64,000 bases of DNA from a candidate division FCPU426 bacterium (GTDB taxonomy: Bacteria; Oederibacteriota; PGYV01; Palsa-1178): NCBI GenBank assembly GCA_963840035.1, contig CAWIXE010000002.1, forward strand, positions 1,408,001 through 1,472,000. The letters run 5' to 3'. Below are positions 61,077 to 64,000 of this stretch, piece by piece. The stretch's first letter is position 1, and every line of letters starts with the position of its first letter. The position numbers and the translations under genes were made by a program. Below the pieces are notes generated by a model. The model saw only the letters and a program-made list of their open reading frames with translations. It had not been told where the DNA came from and did no database searches.

Positions 61077-61859
61077 TTATTTTATGATTTCCTTATATGG
61101 CGAATCAGGTATGGATGAAAGCAGGAGTTTTGTATAATCGCTTTTGGGGGCGCCATAAACCGCTTCCACAACACCCTGCTCTTCTATCCTTCCCCTGCGA
61201 AGTATTATAACCCTGTGAGCGAGACTTTTTACTATCCTTAAATCATGTGTTATAAAGAGCATGGTTATGCCCTGCTTGTCATTGAGCTCCATCAGCAGCG
61301 AGAGAATCTGCGCCTGTACTGATACATCAAGCGAAGAAACAGGCTCGTCGGCAATTAAAACCTCCGGTTTCATGGACAGCGCCCTTGCCAGGACCACGCG
61401 CTGCCTCTGCCCGCCTGATATCTCATGCGGGTATTTATCTCCGATATCGTCTTTAAGACCTGTCATTTCCAGGTACCCGCGCGACGCTGCCTTGAGTTCT
61501 TCCCCTTTTAAGCCAAAATGAAAAGCAATAGGCTCCTTGATTGCCTCAGCAACCTTCATCCGGGGGTTAAGCGACCCGAATGTATCCTGAAACACATATT
61601 GGACTTTCCTTCGTTCCCCGGGTACATCATATTTCGTTTTTTCACCGTTTATTAGTATTTCCCCCGAGTCGCGCGTTTCAAGCCCTGCCACGCAGCGGGC
61701 TATGGTAGTCTTGCCGGAACCGGACTCCCCGACAAGCGCGAGTATTTCCCCTTTTGATACGGAAAAAGTCACCCCGTCAACCGCGGTTACTGTTTCCTTT
61801 TCCCCGGAAAACATCGCCTCTGCTATGAATGTCTTTTTTAGATCTTTGACCTCAATCAT
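61077..61859 (-). CDS. Oligopeptide/dipeptide ABC transporter ATPase (OppF/DppF-like)
   Basis: GESGSGKTT, YPHEISGGQRQR, ADEPVSSLDVSVQ; start MIEVK. Confidence 0.93.
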   Translation of the reverse strand: MIEVKDLKKTFIAEAMFSGEKETVTAVDGVTFSVSKGEILALVGESGSGKTTIARCVAGLETRDSGEILINGEKTKYDVPGERRKVQYVFQDTFGSLNPRMKVAEAIKEPIAFHFGLKGEELKAASRGYLEMTGLKDDIGDKYPHEISGGQRQRVVLARALSMKPEVLIADEPVSSLDVSVQAQILSLLMELNDKQGITMLFITHDLRIVKSLAHRVIILRRGRIEEQGVVEAVYGAPKSDYTKLLLSSIPDSPYKEIIK

Positions 61860-61916
61860 TTTTCCTCTTTTGTTTGTATTAAATGTCATTTCTTATTTCA
61901 CTACCCAAACGGTGTT

Positions 61917-61979
61917 GTAGGGGCGATTCACGAATCGCCCGCCCTGGCCCTTGTTGGGCAATTCATGAATTGCCCCTAC
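61917..61979. repeat. GTAG-REP family B doublet
   Basis: gtaggggcgattcacgaatcgccc ... gggcaattcatgaattgcccctac. Confidence 0.9.
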
Positions 61980-61999
61980 AAAAACAACTTAGATTGCAT

Positions 62000-62950
62000 T
62001 TAATACGGGTAAAAGCACCGTACACCGTTTTCAAGCATCGGCCTGTTTTTAGAGCATTTCTCCTGCGCTTTTGAACATCTGCCGTAAAACGAACACTGCT
62101 CCCTTAATTCCCTCAGGTCCGGAACCGCTCCCGGTATTACCTTAAATTTCCGTTTTTTGTCCCTTATGCCCGGTATTATCTCAAATAACGCCCTGGTATA
62201 CGGGTGCTTTGCCTGTGCCTCATTTGCTATGGCGCCATCCTCTGCTATCTCACCGGCGTACATCACAACCACCCTGGAGCAAAGCTCCACCGCCAGGTGC
62301 AGGTCATGAGTGATGAGTATCAGTGTCAGTCCTTTTTTCTCTTTAAGTCTTTTAAGCAGCGCTATTATCTGCGCCTGGACAGTGACATCCAGCGCGGTTG
62401 TAGGCTCATCAGCCACCAAAATTTTCGGCGAACATGAGAGCGCTATGGCTATCATGACCCTCTGCTGCTGCCCTCCCGAGAGCTGGTGCGGGTAAGAATG
62501 ATATACGCGCCTTATTTCGGTTATACCGGCGTCTTCAAGCAGTTTCATGGCTGTTTCTTCAAGTATTTTTTTATCCCTTATTTTCCTGTGGTTCATAATT
62601 GTCTCTTCCAGCTGTTCTTTAACGGTAAAAAGAGGGTTAAGCGACGCTGCCGGATCCTGGAATATCATTCCGATTTCCGCGCCCCGCAGCGCCTCAAGTT
62701 CCGCGGCAGTACTGCCCGTAACCTGCCTGCCGTTAATTTCTATACTGCCGGAAAGCGATGCGTTCTTCGCCAGTAAAAGCATAAGGGATGACGCCAGCGT
62801 TGATTTCCCGCACCCTGATTCCCCGACTATCGCCACTGATTCCCCCGCATTTATGGATATGGAAACATCACGGAGGGCATGTATGAAGCCGCCTTTTACC
62901 CGGTAATCAACTTTGACATCTTTCAGTTTCAGCATGGCAGCGTCAGCCAT
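62000..62950 (-). CDS. Oligopeptide/dipeptide ABC transporter ATPase (OppD/DppD-like)
   Basis: GESGCGKST, YPHQLSGGQQQR, ADEPTTALDVTVQ, HPYT, C-terminal Cys cluster. Confidence 0.95.
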   Translation of the reverse strand: MADAAMLKLKDVKVDYRVKGGFIHALRDVSISINAGESVAIVGESGCGKSTLASSLMLLLAKNASLSGSIEINGRQVTGSTAAELEALRGAEIGMIFQDPAASLNPLFTVKEQLEETIMNHRKIRDKKILEETAMKLLEDAGITEIRRVYHSYPHQLSGGQQQRVMIAIALSCSPKILVADEPTTALDVTVQAQIIALLKRLKEKKGLTLILITHDLHLAVELCSRVVVMYAGEIAEDGAIANEAQAKHPYTRALFEIIPGIRDKKRKFKVIPGAVPDLRELREQCSFYGRCSKAQEKCSKNRPMLENGVRCFYPY

Positions 62951-63759
62951 TATTCTTCCTTCTTCAGGCGCGGGTTGAAAAAATCACGCAGCCCTTCGCC
63001 GAGTATGTTATAAGAAAATACAGCTATAAAAATCGCCATGCCCGGATAGATTACCAGCCACCACGCGGTTTCTATGTAATCCTTGCCTGATGTAAGGATA
63101 TTCCCCCAGCTTGGCATGGGCGGCTGGACACCAAGCCCCAGGAATGAAAGGCCTGACTCCGTAAGTATCGCCCCTGATATCCCGAATGTCATGTAAACAA
63201 ATACGGGGCCAAGCGTATTTGGAAGTATGTGCTTAAGTATGATATCCCTTTTTGACAGCCCGATAAGCCTCGCCGCATCCACATATGCCAGCTTCTTTAT
63301 GGCCATGACCTCAGCCCTGATTATCCTTGCTATGTCCGTCCATGAAGTAAGTCCTATTATTATCATGATATTTATAAGTGAGGGCCCGAGAAAAACAATC
63401 AGCATTAATATTAGAAAAAGCGTGGGAATAGTCAGCATTATATCAACAAAACGCATTATCACGTTGTCAATCCAGCCTCCAAAGTACCCCGCAAGGGACC
63501 CCAACAAAACGCCTATAATGGTTGAAATAAGCACCGCTATTATCCCGACAGTTATGGATACCCTGGCGCCGTAAACCATACGCGTAAAAAGGTCCCTGCC
63601 AAGCTCATCCGTCCCGAAAATGTGATTTGCAGACGGTGGCTGAAGCCTGGAGGCTATATCCTGGTTTTTAAAGTCATATGTGGTAAGAACAGGCGCGAAA
63701 ATAGCGATAATAAAAAGCATTACCGCGGCTATGGCTCCTGTCCAGATCATTTTGTTCAT
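62950..63759 (-). CDS. Oligopeptide/dipeptide ABC permease (OppC/DppC-like)
   Basis: HIFGTDELGRD, YVDAARLIG, HILPN, LSFLGLG..PP.PSWG. Confidence 0.95.
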   Translation of the reverse strand: MNKMIWTGAIAAVMLFIIAIFAPVLTTYDFKNQDIASRLQPPSANHIFGTDELGRDLFTRMVYGARVSITVGIIAVLISTIIGVLLGSLAGYFGGWIDNVIMRFVDIMLTIPTLFLILMLIVFLGPSLINIMIIIGLTSWTDIARIIRAEVMAIKKLAYVDAARLIGLSKRDIILKHILPNTLGPVFVYMTFGISGAILTESGLSFLGLGVQPPMPSWGNILTSGKDYIETAWWLVIYPGMAIFIAVFSYNILGEGLRDFFNPRLKKEE

Positions 63760-63796
63760 ATTTCCTCCGTGAACTCAAAAATCAAAAATTGTTTTT

Positions 63797-63875
63797 GTAG
63801 AGACGCAGCTTGCTGCGTCTCAGATCTTAGCGGTTAACACCGGCAAAGGCGAGACACAGCAAGCTGTGTCTCTAC
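63797..63875. repeat. GTAG-REP family C doublet
   Basis: gtagagacgcagcttgctgcgtctc ... gagacacagcaagctgtgtctctac. Confidence 0.9.
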
Positions 63876-63963
63876 AAGATCTAAAACTCTCTGTATTTTT
63901 ATAATAAAACGTGCAAAAGCACACCATAATTGTTAATTCTTAATTGTAAATTGTTAATTGCCC

Positions 63964-64000
63964 TTATTTGTACCGTATCCTCGGATCCACAAACGCGTAA
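63964..64000 (-). CDS. 3' end of ABC permease (OppB/DppB-like), partial
   Basis: Reads YAFVDPRIRYK-stop, the typical OppB C-terminus. Confidence 0.8.
   Translation of the reverse strand, partial: YAFVDPRIRYK

Overview
Chromosomal window from a diderm bacterium. Outer-membrane barrels, a PorV-like protein and a T9SS-type C-terminal sorting domain sit alongside Firmicutes-like genes (khpA, YdbC, a PASTA protein). This mix suggests a candidate phylum such as Goldbacteria/Firestonebacteria; that is inference only. Contents in order: a LysM lipoprotein fragment; a PorV-like gene coupled to a 2628-aa Thr-stalk surface protein; an MFS transporter; a frameshifted MORN lipoprotein; an rpsP-khpA-trmD-rplS operon lacking rimM; tRNA-Thr(CGT) and tRNA-Phe(GAA); a 13.5-kb glycosylation cluster (DUF2298, TIGR03663-like GT-C, two NHL propellers, flippase, three GT2, B12 radical SAM, aminotransferase); typA behind a structured terminator-containing leader; acyl-CoA synthetase; a cyclase-STAND-TPR protein and an FHA-cyclase; a frameshifted sensor kinase; rmuC; two Pit paralogs with DUF47; PASTA-rpe-ffh; and a peptide ABC operon. 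The most striking unexplained signal is an 85-86 bp structured element with compensatory base changes. It is inserted at T^AG in extra copies of both tRNA genes, each beside an intact copy. Intergenic DNA carries three GTAG-REP families, nested palindromic elements and many heptamer-repeat hairpins. No CRISPR array, integrase or transposase was seen.
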